Assembly (NCBI GenBank): GCA_964016885.1
Contig: OZ024742.1
Coordinates: 261,516,001 to 261,580,000 of the forward strand
Reading direction: 5' to 3'
Length of the DNA stretch: 64,000 nt
Source of the DNA: Eledone cirrhosa
Lineage: Eukaryota
The position numbers were made by a program, and so were the translations under genes. Positions 36,001-50,185 of this stretch are shown piece by piece. The notes under the pieces are model-generated. The model saw nothing but the letters and a program-made list of their open reading frames with translations, was not told where the DNA came from and made no database searches. Numbering within the stretch: position 1 is the stretch's first letter; every line of letters starts with the position of its first letter.

Positions 36001-39000
36001 ATCAACAACTACAATAGCAACGGCAGTAACGACAGCAACAACTACAATAGCAACGGCAGTAACGACAGCAACAACTACAATAGGAACGACAGTAACGACA
36101 GCAACAACTACAATAGCAACGACAGCAACAACTACAATAGCAACGGCAGTAACGACAGCAACAACTACAATAACAACGGCAGTAACGACAGCAACATCTA
36201 CAATAGCAACGGGAGTAACGACATCAACAACTACAATAACAACGGTAGTAACGACAGCAAAAACTACAATAGCAACGGCAGTAACGACAGCAACAACTAC
36301 AATAGCAACGGCAGTAACGACAGCAACAACTACAATAGCAACGGGAGTAACGACAGCAACAACTACAATAGCAACGACAGCAACAACTACAATAGCAACG
36401 ACAGTAACGACAGCAACAACTACAATAGCAACGGCAGTAACGACAGCAACAACTACAATAGTAACGGCAGTAACGACAGCAACAACTACAATAGCAACGA
36501 CAGTGACGACAGCAACAACTACAATAGCAACGACAGTAAGGACAGCAACATTTACAATAGCAACGACAGTGACGAAAGCAACAACTACAATAGCACCGAC
36601 AGTAAGGACAGCAACAACTACAATAGCAACGGCAGTAACGACAGTAACAACTACAATAGCAACGACAGTAACGACACCAACAACTACAATAGCAATGGCA
36701 GGAACGACAGCAACAACTACAATAGCAACGACAGCAACAACTACAATAGCAACGAAAGTAACGACAGCAACAACTACAATAATAAAACGACAGTAACGAC
36801 TGCAACAACTACAATAGCAACGACAGTAACGACAGCAACAACTACAATCGCAACGGCAGTAACGACAGCAACAACTACAATAGCAACGACAGCAACAACT
36901 GCAATAGCAACGACAGTAACGACAGCAACAACTACAATAACAACGGCAGTAACGACAGCAACAACTACAATAGCAACGGCAGTAACGACAGCAACAACTA
37001 CAATAGCAACGGCAGTAACGACAGCAACAACTACAATAGCAACGACAGTAACGACAGCTACAACTACAATAGCAACGGCAGTAATGACAGCAACAACTAC
37101 AATAGCAACGGCAGTAACGACAGCAACAACTACAATAGCAACGGCAGTAACGACATCAACAACTACAATAGCAACGGTAGTAACGACAGCAACAACTACA
37201 ATAGCAACGGTAGTAACGACAGCAACAAATACAATAGCAACGGCAGTAACGACAGCAACAACTACAATAGCAACGACAGTAACGACAGCAACAACTACAA
37301 TAGCAACGACAGCAACAACTACAATAGCAACGACAGTGACGACAGCAACAACTACAATAGCAACGACAGTAAGGACAGCAACAACTACAATAGCAACGGC
37401 AGTAACGACAGCAACAACTACAATAGCAACGACAGTAACGACAGCAACAACTACAATAGCAACGGCACGAACGACAGCAACAACTACAATAGCAACGACA
37501 GCAATAACTACAATAGCAACGATAGTAACGACAACAACAACAGTAACGACAGCAACAACTACAATAGCAGCGGTAGTAACGACAGCAACAACTACAATAG
37601 CAATGGCAGTAACGACAGCAACAACTACAATAGCAACGGCTGTAACGACAGCAACAACTACAATAGCAACGGCAGTAAAGACAGCAACAATTACAATAGC
37701 AACGGTAGTAACGACAGCAACAACTACAATAGCAATGGCAGTAACGACAGCAACAACTACAATAGCAACGGCAGTAACGAGAGCAACAACTACAATAGCA
37801 ATGGCAGTAACGACAGCAACAACTACAATAGCAACGGTAGTAACGACACCAAAAACTACAATAGCAACGGCAGTAACGACAGCAACAACTACAATAGCAA
37901 CGGCAGTAACGACAGCAACAACTACAATAGCAACGACAGCAACAACTACAATAGCAACGACAGCAACAACTACAATAGCAACGACAGTAACGACAGCAAC
38001 AACTACAATAGCAACGGCAGGAACGACAGCAACAACTACAATAGCAACGACAGTGACGACAGCAACAACTACAATAGCAACGACAGTAAGGACAGCAACA
38101 ACTACAATAGCAACGGCAGTAACGACAGCAACAACTACAATAGCAACGACAGTAACGGCAGCAACAACTACAATAGCAACGGCAGGAACGACAGCAACAA
38201 CTACAATAGCAACGGTAGTAACGACAGCAACAACTACAATAGCAACGACAGTAACGACAGCAACAAGTACAATAGCAACGACAGTAACGACAGCAACAAC
38301 TACAATAGCAACGACAGTAACGACAGCAACAACTACAATACCAACGACAGTAACGACAGCAATATCTACAATAGCAACGGCAGTAACGACAACAACAACT
38401 ACAATAGCAACGACAGCAACAACTACAATAGCAACGACAGTAACGACAGCAACAACTACAATAGCAACGGCAGTAACGACAGCAACAACTACAATAGCAA
38501 CGGCAGTAACGACAGCAACAACTACAATAGCAACGGTAGTAACGACAGCAACAACTACAATAGCAATGGCAGTAACGACAGCAACAACTACAATAACAAC
38601 GGCAGTAACGAGAGCAACAACTACAATAGCAATGGCAGTAACGACAGCAACAACTACAATAGCAACGGTAGTAACGACACCAAAAACTACAATAGCAACG
38701 GCAGTAACGACAGCAACAACTACAATAGCAACGACAGTAACGACAGCAACAACTACAATAGCAACGACAGTAACGAAAGCAACAACTACAATAGCAACGG
38801 CAGGAACGACAGCAACAACTACAATAGAAACGGCAGTAACGACAGCAACAACTACAATAGCAACGACAGTGACGACAACAACAACTACAATAGCAACGAC
38901 AGTAAGGACAGCAACAACTACAATAGCAATGGTAGTAATGACAGCAACAACTACAATAGCAACGACAGTAACGACAGCAACAACTACAATAGCAACGGCA

Positions 39001-42000
39001 GTAACGACAGCAACAACTACAATAGCAACGGCAGTAACGACAGCAACAACTACAATAACAACGACAGTAACGACAGCAATAACTACAATAGCAACGACAT
39101 TAACTACAGCAACAACTACAATAGCAACGACAGTAACGAGAGCAATATCTACAATAGCAACGGCAGTAACGACAACAACAACTACAATAGCAACAACAGC
39201 AACAACTACAATAGCAACGGTAGTAACGACAGCAACAACTACAATAGGAACGGTATTAACGACAGCAACAACTACAATAGCAACGACAGTAACGACAGCA
39301 ACAACTACAATAGCAACGGCAGTAACGACAGCAACAACTACAATAGCAACGACAGTAACGACAGCAACAACTACAATAGCAACGGCAGTAACGACAACAA
39401 CATCTACTATAGCAACGGCAGTAACGACAGCAACAACTACAATAGCAACGGCAGTAACGACAGCAACAACTACAATAGCAACGGTAGTAACGACAGCAAC
39501 AACTACAATAGCAACGGCAGTAACGACAGCAACAACTACAATAGGAACGACAGTAACGACAGCAACAACTACAATAGCAACGACAGCAACAACTACAATA
39601 GCAACGGCAGTAACGACAGCAACAACTACAATAGCAACGGCAGTAACGACAGCAACAACTACAATAGCAACGGGAGTAACGACATCAACAACTACAATAA
39701 CAACGGTAGTAACGACAGCAAAAACTACAATAGCAACGGCAGTAACGACAGCAACAACTACAATAGCAACGGCAGTAACGACAGCAACAACTACAATAGC
39801 AACGGGAGTAACGACAGCAACAACTACAATAGCAACGACAGCAACAACTACAATAGCAACGACAGTAACGACAGCAACAACTACAATAGCAACGGCAGTA
39901 ACGACAGCAACAACTACAATAGTAACGGCAGTAACGACAGCAACAACTACAATAGCAACGACAGTGACGACAGCAACAACTACAATAGCAACGACAGTAA
40001 GGACAGCAACATTTACAATAGCAACGACAGTGACGAAAGCAACAACTACAATAGCACCGACAGTAAGGACAGCAACAACTACAATAGCAACGGCAGTAAC
40101 GACAGCAACAACTACAATAGCAACGACAGTAACGGCAGCAACAACTACAATAGCAACGGCAGGAACGACAGCAACAACTACAATAGCAACGGTAGTAACG
40201 ACAGCAACAACTACAATAGCAACGACAGTAACGACAGCAACAAGTACAATAGCAACGACAGTAACGACAGCAACAACTACAATAGCAACGACAGTAACGA
40301 CAGCAACAACTACAATACCAACGACAGTAACGACAGCAATATCTACAATAGCAACGGCAGTAACGACAACAACAACTACAATAGCAACGACAGCAACAAC
40401 TACAATAGCAACGACAGTAACGACAGCAACAACTACAATAGCAACGGCAGTAACGACAGCAACAACTACAATAGCAACGGCAGTAACGACAGCAACAACT
40501 ACAATAGCAACGGTAGTAACGACAGCAACAACTACAATAGCAATGGCAGTAACGACAGCAACAACTACAATAACAACGGCAGTAACGAGAGCAACAACTA
40601 CAATAGCAATGGCAGTAACGACAGCAACAACTACAATAGCAACGGTAGTAACGACACCAAAAACTACAATAGCAACGGCAGTAACGACAGCAACAACTAC
40701 AATAGCAACGACAGTAACGACAGCAACAACTACAATAGCAACGACAGTAACGAAAGCAACAACTACAATAGCAACGGCAGGAACGACAGCAACAACTACA
40801 ATAGAAACGGCAGTAACGACAGCAACAACTACAATAGCAACGACAGTGACGACAACAACAACTACAATAGCAACGACAGTAAGGACAGCAACAACTACAA
40901 TAGCAATGGTAGTAATGACAGCAACAACTACAATAGCAACGACAGTAACGACAGCAACAACTACAATAGCAACGGCAGTAACGACAGCAACAACTACAAT
41001 AGCAACGGCAGTAACGACAGCAACAACTACAATAACAACGACAGTAACGACAGCAATAACTACAATAGCAACGACATTAACTACAGCAACAACTACAATA
41101 GCAACGACAGTAACGAGAGCAATATCTACAATAGCAACGGCAGTAACGACAACAACAACTACAATAGCAACAACAGCAACAACTACAATAGCAACGGTAG
41201 TAACGACAGCAACAACTACAATAGGAACGGTATTAACGACAGCAACAACTACAATAGCAACGACAGTAACGACAGCAACAACTACAATAGCAACGGCAGT
41301 AACGACAGCAACAACTACAATAGCAACGACAGTAACGACAGCAACAACTACAATAGCAACGGCAGTAACGACAACAACATCTACTATAGCAACGGCAGTA
41401 ACGACAGCAACAACTACAATAGCAACGGCAGTAACGACAGCAACAACTACAATAGCAACGGTAGTAACGACAGCAACAACTACAATAGCAACGGCAGTAA
41501 CGACAGCAACAACTACAATAGGAACGACAGTAACGACAGCAACAACTACAATAGCAACGACAGCAACAACTACAATAGCAACGGCAGTAACGACAGCAAC
41601 AACTACAATAGCAACGGCAGTAACGACAGCAACAACTACAATAGCAACGGGAGTAACGACATCAACAACTACAATAACAACGGTAGTAACGACAGCAAAA
41701 ACTACAATAGCAACGGCAGTAACGACAGCAACAACTACAATAGCAACGGCAGTAACGACAGCAACAACTACAATAGCAACGGGAGTAACGACAGCAACAA
41801 CTACAATAGCAACGACAGCAACAACTACAATAGCAACGACAGTAACGACAGCAACAACTACAATAGCAACGGCAGTAACGACAGCAACAACTACAATAGT
41901 AACGGCAGTAACGACAGCAACAACTACAATATCAACGACAGTGACGACAGCAACAACTACAATAGCAACGACAGTAAGGACAGCAACATTTACAATAGCA

Positions 42001-45000
42001 ACGACAGTGACGAAAGCAACAACTACAATAGCACCGACAGTAAGGACAGCAACAACTACAATAGCAACGGCAGTAACGACAGTAACAACTACAATAGCAA
42101 CGACAGTAACGACACCAACAACTACAATAGCAATGGCAGGAACGACAGCAACAACTACAATAGCAACGACAGCAACAACTACAATAGCAACGAAAGTAAC
42201 GACAGCAACAACTACAATAATAAAACGACAGTAACGACTGCAACAACTACAATAGCAACGACAGTAACGACAGCAACAACTACAATCGCAACGGCAGTAA
42301 CGACAGCAACAACTACAATAGCAACGACAGCAACAACTGCAATAGCAACGACAGTAACGACAGCAACAACTACAATAGCAACGGCAGTAACGACAGCAAC
42401 AACTACAATAGCAACGACAGTAACGACAGCAACAACTACAATAGCAACGGCAGTAACGACAGCAACAACTACAATAGCAACGACAGTAACGACAGCTACA
42501 ACTACAATAGCAACGGCAGTAATGACAGCAACAACTACAATAGCAACGGCAGTAACGACAGCAACAACTACAATAGCAACGGCAGTAACGACATCAACAA
42601 CTACAATAGCAACGGTAGTAACGACAGCAACAACTACAATAGCAACGGTAGTAACGACAGCAACAAATACAATAGCAACGGCAGTAACGACAGCAACAAC
42701 TACAATAGCAACGACAGTAACGACAGCAACAACTACAATAGCAACGACAGCAACAACTACAATAGCAACGACAGTGACGACAGCAACAACTACAATAGCA
42801 ACGACAGTAAGGACAGCAACAACTACAATAGCAACGGCAGTAACGACAGCAACAACTACAATAGCAACGACAGTAACGACAGCAACAACTACAATAGCAA
42901 CGGCAGCAATAACTACAATAGCAACGATAGTAACGACAACAACAACAGTAACGACAGCAACAACTACAATAGCAGCGGTAGTAACGACAGCAACAACTAC
43001 AATAGCAATGGCAGTAACGACAGCAACAACTACAATAGCAACGGCTGTAACGACAGCAACAACTACAATAGCAACGGCAGTAAAGACAGCAACAATTACA
43101 ATAGCAACGGTAGTAACGACAGCAACAACTACAATAGCAATGGCAGTAACGACAGCAACAACTACAATAGCAACGGCAGTAACGAGAGCAACAACTACAA
43201 TAGCAATGGCAATAACGACAGCAACAACTACAATAGCAACGGTAGTAACGACACCAAAAACTACAATAGCAACGGCAGTAACGACAGCAACAACTACAAT
43301 AGCAACGGCAGTAACGACAGCAACAACTACAATAGCAACGACAGCAACAACTACAATAGCAACGACAGCAACAACTACAATAGCAACGACAGTAACGACA
43401 GCAACAACTACAATAGCAACGGCAGGAACGACAGCAACAACTACAATAGCAACGACAGTGACGACAGCAACAACTACAATAGCAACGACAGTAAGGACAG
43501 CAACAACTACAATAGCAACGGCAGTAACGACAGCAACAACTACAATAGCAACGACAGTAACGGCAGCAACAACTACAATAGCAACGGCAGGAACGACAGC
43601 AACAACTACAATAGCAACGGTAGTAACGACAGCAACAACTACAATAGCAACGACAGTAACGACAGCAACAAGTACAATAGCAACGACAGTAACGACAGCA
43701 ACAACTACAATAGCAACGACAGTAACGACAGCAACAACTACAATACCAACGACAGTAACGACAGCAATATCTACAATAGCAACGGCAGTAACGACAACAA
43801 CAACTACAATAGCAACGACAGCAACAACTACAATAGCAACGACAGTAACGACAGCAACAACTACAATAGCAACGGCAGTAACGACAGCAACAACTACAAT
43901 AGCAACGGCAGTAACGACAGCAACAACTACAATAGCAACGGTAGTAACGACAGCAACAACTACAATAGCAATGGCAGTAACGACAGCAACAACTACAATA
44001 ACAACGGCAGTAACGAGAGCAACAACTACAATAGCAATGGCAGTAACGACAACAACAACTACAATAGCAACGGTAGTAACGACACCAAAAACTACAATAG
44101 CAACGGCAGTAACGACAGCAACAACTACAATAGCAACGACAGTAACGACAGCAACAACTACAATAGCAACGACAGTAACGACAGCAACAACTACAATAGC
44201 AACGGCAGGAACGACAGCAACAACTACAATAGAAACGGCAGTAACGACAGCAACAACTACAATAGCAACGACAGTGACGACAACAACAACTACAATAGCA
44301 ACGACAGCAACAACTACAATAGCAATGGTAGTAATGACAGCAACAACTACAATAGCAACGACAGTAACGACAGCAACAACTACAATAGCAACGGCAGTAA
44401 CGACAGCAACAACTACAATAGCAACGGCAGTAACGACAGCAACAACTACAATAACAACGACAGTAACGACAGCAATAACTACAATAGCAACGACATTAAC
44501 TACAGCAACAACTACAATAGCAACGACAGTAACGAGAGCAATATCTACAATAGCAACGGCAGTAACGACAACAACAACTACAATAGCAACAACAGCAACA
44601 ACTACAATAGCAACGGTAGTAACGACAGCAACAACTACAATAGGAACGGTATTAACGACAGCAACAACTACAATAGCAACGACAGTAACGACAGCAACAA
44701 CTACAATAGCAACGGCAGTAACGACAGCAACAACTACAATAGCAACGACAGTAACGACAGCAACAACTACAATAGCAACGGCAGTAACGACAACAACATC
44801 TACTATAGCAACGGCAGTAACGACAGCAACAACTACAATAGCAACGGCAGTAACGACAGCAACAACTACAATAGCAACGGTAGTAACGACAGCAACAACT
44901 ACAATAGCAACGGTAGTAACCACAGCAACAACTACAATAGCAACGATAGTAACGACAGGAATAACTACAATAGCAACGATAGTAACTAGAGCAACAACTA

Positions 45001-48000
45001 CAATAGCAACGACAGTAACGAGAGCAATATCTACAATAACAACGGCAGTAACGGCAACAACAAGTACAATAGCAACAACAGCAACAACTACAATAGCAAC
45101 GGCAGTAACGACAGCAACAACTACAATAGCAACGGCAGTAACGACAGCAACAACTACAATAGCAAGGGCAGTAACGACAGCAACAAATACAATAGCAACG
45201 GTAGTAACGACAGCAACAACTACAATAACAACGACAGTAACGACAGCAACATCTACAATAGCAACGGCAGTAACGACAGCAACAACTACAATAGCAACGA
45301 CAGCAACAACTACAATAGCAACGATAGTAACGACAGCAACAACAGTAACGACAGCAACAACTACAATAGCAACGGTAGTAACGACAGCAACAACTGCAAT
45401 AGCAATGGCAGTAACGACAGCAACAACTACAATAGCAACGGCAGTAACGACAGCAACAACTACAATAGCAACGGCAGTAACGACAGCAACAACTACAATA
45501 GCAACGGCAGTATCGACAGCAACAACTACGATAGCAACGGTAGTAACGACAGCAAGAACTACAATAGCAATGGCAGTAACGACAGCAACGACTACAATAG
45601 CAACGGCAGTAACGAGAGCAACAACTACAATAGCAATGGCAGTAACGACAGCAACAACTACAATAGCAACGGTAGTAACGACAGCAACAACTACAATAGC
45701 AACGACAGTAAGGACAGCAACATCTACAATAGCAACGGCAGTAACGACAGCAACAACTACAATAGCAACGACAGTAACGACAGCAACAACTACAATAGCA
45801 ACGGCAGGAACGACAGCAACAACTACAATAGCAACGACAGCAACAACTACAATAGCAACGATAGTAACGACAACAACAACAGTAACGACAGCAACAACTA
45901 CAATAGCAACGGTAGTAACGACAGCATCAACTACAATAGCAACGACAGTAACGACAGCAACAACTACAATAGCAACGACAGTAACGACAGCAACAACTAC
46001 AATAGCAACGGCAGTAACGACAGCAACAACTACAATAGCAACGGTAGTAACCACAGCAACAACTACAATAGCAACGACAGTAACGACAGCAATAACTACA
46101 ATAGCAACGACAGTAACTACAGCAACAACTACAATAGCAACGACAGTAACGAGAGCAATATCTACAATAGCAACGGCAGTAACCACAACAACTACAATAG
46201 CAACAACAGCAACAACTACAATAGCAACGGCAGTAACGACAGCAACAACTTCAATAGCAACGGTAGTAACCACAGCAACAACTACAATAGCAACGGTAGT
46301 AACGACAGCAACAACTACAATAGCAACGACAGTAACGACAGCAACAACTACAATAGCAAAGGCAGTAACGACAGCAACAACTACAATAGCAACGGTAGTA
46401 ACGACAGCAACAACTACAATAGTAACGACAGTAACGACAGCAACAACTACAATAGCAACGGCAGTAACGACAGCAACAACTACAATAGCAACGGCAGTAA
46501 CGACAGCAACAACTACAATAGCAAGGGCAGTAACGACAGCAACAAATACAATAGCAACGGTAGTAACGACAGCAACAACTACAATAGCAACGACAGTAAC
46601 GACAGCAACATCTACAATAGCAACGGCAGTAACGACAGCAACAACTACAATAGCAACGACAGCAACAACTACAATAGCAACGGTAGTAACCACAGCAACA
46701 ACTACAATAGCAACGATAGTAACGACAGGAATAACTACAATAGCAACGATAGTAACTAGAGCAACAACTACAATAGCAACGACAGTAACGAGAGCAATAT
46801 CTACAATAGCAACGGCAGTAACGGCAACAACAAGTACAATAGCAACAACAGCAACAACTACAATAGCAACGGCAGTAACGACAGCAACAACTACAATAGC
46901 AACGGCAGTAACGACAGCAACAACTACAATAGCAAGGGCAGTAACGACAGCAACAAATACAATAGCAACGGTAGTAACGACAGCAACAACTACAATAACA
47001 ACGACAGTAACGACAGCAACATCTACAATAGCAACGGCAGTAACGACAGCAACAACTACAATAGCAACGACAGCAACAACTACAATAGCAACGATAGTAA
47101 CGACAGCAACAACAGTAACGACAGCAACAACTACAATAGCAACGGTAGTAACGACAGCAACAACTGCAATAGCAATGGCAGTAACGACAGCAACAACTAC
47201 AATAGCAACGGCAGTAACGACAGCAACAACTACAATAGCAACGGCAGTAACGACAGCAACAACTACAATAGCAACGGCAGTATCGACAGCAACAACTACG
47301 ATAGCAACGGTAGTAACGACAGCAAGAACTACAATAGCAATGGCAGTAACGACAGCAACGACTACAATAGCAACGGCAGTAACGAGAGCAACAACTACAA
47401 TAGCAATGGCAGTAACGACAGCAACAACTACAATAGCAACGGTAGTAACGACAGCAACAACTACAATAGCAACGACAGTAAGGACAGCAACATCTACAAT
47501 AGCAACGGCAGTAACGACAGCAACAACTACAATAGCAACGACAGTAACGACAGCAACAACTACAATAGCAACGGCAGGAACGACAGCAACAACTACAATA
47601 GCAACGACAGCAACAACTACAATAGCAACGATAGTAACGACAACAACAACAGTAACGACAGCAACAACTACAATAGCAACGGTAGTAACGACAGCATCAA
47701 CTACAATAGCAACGACAGTAACGACAGCAACAACTACAATAGCAACGACAGTAACGACAGCAACAACTACAATAGCAACGGCAGTAACGACAGCAACAAC
47801 TACAATAGCAACGGTAGTAACCACAGCAACAACTACAATAGCAACGACAGTAACGACAGCAATAACTACAATAGCAACGACAGTAACTACAGCAACAACT
47901 ACAATAGCAACGACAGTAACGAGAGCAATATCTACAATAGCAACGGCAGTAACCACAACAACTACAATAGCAACAACAGCAACAACTACAATAGCAACGG

Positions 48001-49090
48001 CAGTAACGACAGCAACAACTACAATAGCAACGACAGTAACGACAGCAACAACTACAATAGCAAAGGCAGTAACGACAGCAACAACTACAATAGCAACGGT
48101 AGTAACGACAGCAACAACTACAATAGTAACGACAGTAACGACAGCAACAACTACAATAGCAACGGCAGTAACGACAGCAACAACTACAATAGCAACGGCA
48201 GTAACGACAGCAACAACTACAATAGCAAGGGCAGTAACGACAGCAACAAATACAATAGCAACGGTAGTAACGACAGCAACAACTACAATAGCAACGACAG
48301 TAACGACAGCAACATCTACAATAGCAACGGCAGTAACGACAGCAACAACTACAATAGCAACGACAGCAACAACTACAATAGCAACGATAGTAACGACAGC
48401 AACAACAGTAACGACAGCAACAACTACAATAGCAACGGTAGTAACGACAGCAACAACTGCAATAGCAATGGCAGTAACGACAGCAACAACTACAATAGCA
48501 ACGGCAGTAACGACAGCAACTACTACAATTGCAACGGTAGTATCGACAGCAACAACTACAATAGCAACGACAGTAACGACAGCAACAACTACAATAGCAA
48601 CGACAGTAACGACAGCAACAACTACAATAGCAACGGTAGTAACGACAGCAACAACTACAATAGCAACGGCAGTAACGACAGCAACAACTACAATAGCAAC
48701 GGTAGTAACGACAGCAACAACTACAATAGCAACGGTAGTAATGACAGCAACAACTACAATAGCAACGGCAGTAACGACAGCAACAACTACAATAGCAACG
48801 GCAGTAACGACAGCAACAACTACAATAGCAACGGCAGTAACGACAGCAACAACTACAATAGCAACGACAGTAACGACAGCAACAACTACAATAGCAACGA
48901 CAGTAACGACAGCAACAACTACAATAGCAACGGCAGTAACGACAGCAACAACTACAATAGCAACGGCAGTAACGACAGCAACAACTACAATAGCAACGAC
49001 AGTAACGACAGCAACAACTACAATAGCAACGACAGTAACGACAGCAACAACTACAATAGCAACGACAGTAACGACAGCAACAACTACTAT
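1..49090. repeat. Giant 33-bp minisatellite/satellite array (>=49 kb, continues past the left window edge) with higher-order repeats
   Basis: The monomer AGC AAC GGC AGT AAC GAC AGC AAC AAC TAC AAT (A15 C9 G6 T3) is repeated head-to-tail throughout. Common variants are GGC/GGT/GAC at triplet 3, a 24-bp unit (-9 bp) and a 42-bp unit (+9 bp). No non-repeat interruption was seen before ~49090. Confidence 0.98.
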
Positions 49091-49190
49091 TTCCAGCAAG
49101 TTAAGCTATCACATAAGAGGCTTTCTAGATACTTGACGGTGGCTTTAGCCGGTATTGTGGTAATTGTCGCTATCGCAATAGTTAGTAATG

Positions 49191-49875
49191 AGACGATAAC
49201 AACAGCAACGACAACGGCAACGATAGCAACAGTGGCAGCAGCAACAACAACAGTAACAACAACAATAACAACAAAGCAACAACAACAACAATGCAACAAC
49301 AACAACAGCAGCATCAACGTCTACAATCAGTCTTTAGCCGCCACCCAAATGAAGAGAGTGAGCAAACTCTCTCCAAAGCAGATAGGAACCATCTCGTCCG
49401 CTTCCGCAGTGGACATCACACGTCATTAAGGAGATGGCTCCATATGATCGGCCAAGCGGAAATCAACACATGCCGTCTGTGCGGAGAGGAAGAAGAATCT
49501 TCCGAACATCTTTGGATGAGATGTCCGTCCTTGATGGTGGATTGCTATCACCACCAACTCGGCTCCGGCATAGATGAACTCGTGCGTTTCCCCCACGTCA
49601 GTCTAGCGCGACTGAGGGTACTCCTCAGGTGCCTGCGGTAAGGAAAAAAAAAAAAGAAACAGCAGCAACAACAATAGTAACAACTGTAACAACAACAACA
49701 ACAGCAACAAGAACAACAACAACAACAACAGCAACAGCAACAGCAGCAGCAGCAACAGCAACAACAGCAACAACAACAGCAACAGCAACAACAGCAGCAG
49801 CAAAAACAACAGCAACAACAGTAACAGCAGCAGCAACAACAACAGCTACAACGACAACAACAACAACAACAGCAA

Positions 49876-49906
<31 letters not shown>

Positions 49907-50025
49907 GACAGCAACAACAACAGCAGCAACAACAACAACAGCTAAAACAACAGCAACAACAACAACAGCAACAGCAACAACATAAACAACAACAACAACA
50001 ACAACAGCAGCAGCAACAACAACAA

Positions 50026-50057
<32 letters not shown>

Positions 50058-50132
50058 GCTATAACAACAGCATCAACATAAACAACAACTTTAACAGCTA
50101 CATCAACAACTTTAACAACAACAATAACAACA
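49191..50132. repeat. Degenerate (AAC/AGC)n trinucleotide microsatellite, interrupted by a LINE fragment
   Basis: ACA/GCA triplet runs at 49191-49310 and 49657-50132. Confidence 0.9.
49311..49655 (+). mobile_element. 3' end fragment of an I-group-like non-LTR retrotransposon (ORF2 C-terminal CCHC knuckle, stop, A-tail)
   Basis: Translation LVRFRSGHH...CRLCGEEEESSEHLWMRCP matches the R-x-R-[TS]-G-H...C-x2-C-x7-H-x4-C C-terminus of I/Nimb/Ingi-type ORF2. Stop at 49639-49641, then GG and A12, within (AAC)n. Confidence 0.75.
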
Positions 50133-50185
50133 CCGTATGATATTATGCTGTCAACCTTGTGTTAACAACGTAGTCGGTCGATTTG

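Noticed and set aside
1-49090. CRISPR array or telomeric repeat
   Set aside because: No unique spacers and no cas genes. The unit is not a telomere motif.
2520-49099. Minus-strand poly-Val/Ala/Ile and Cys-rich (CCCRYCRCYCS) ORFs
   Set aside because: These are reverse frames of the stop-free monomer, with no unique N- or C-terminal domains.
228-49136. Antifreeze-protein analogy from the 11-residue Thr periodicity
   Set aside because: Type I AFPs are Ala-dominated short helices. The composition differs and coding is unsupported.
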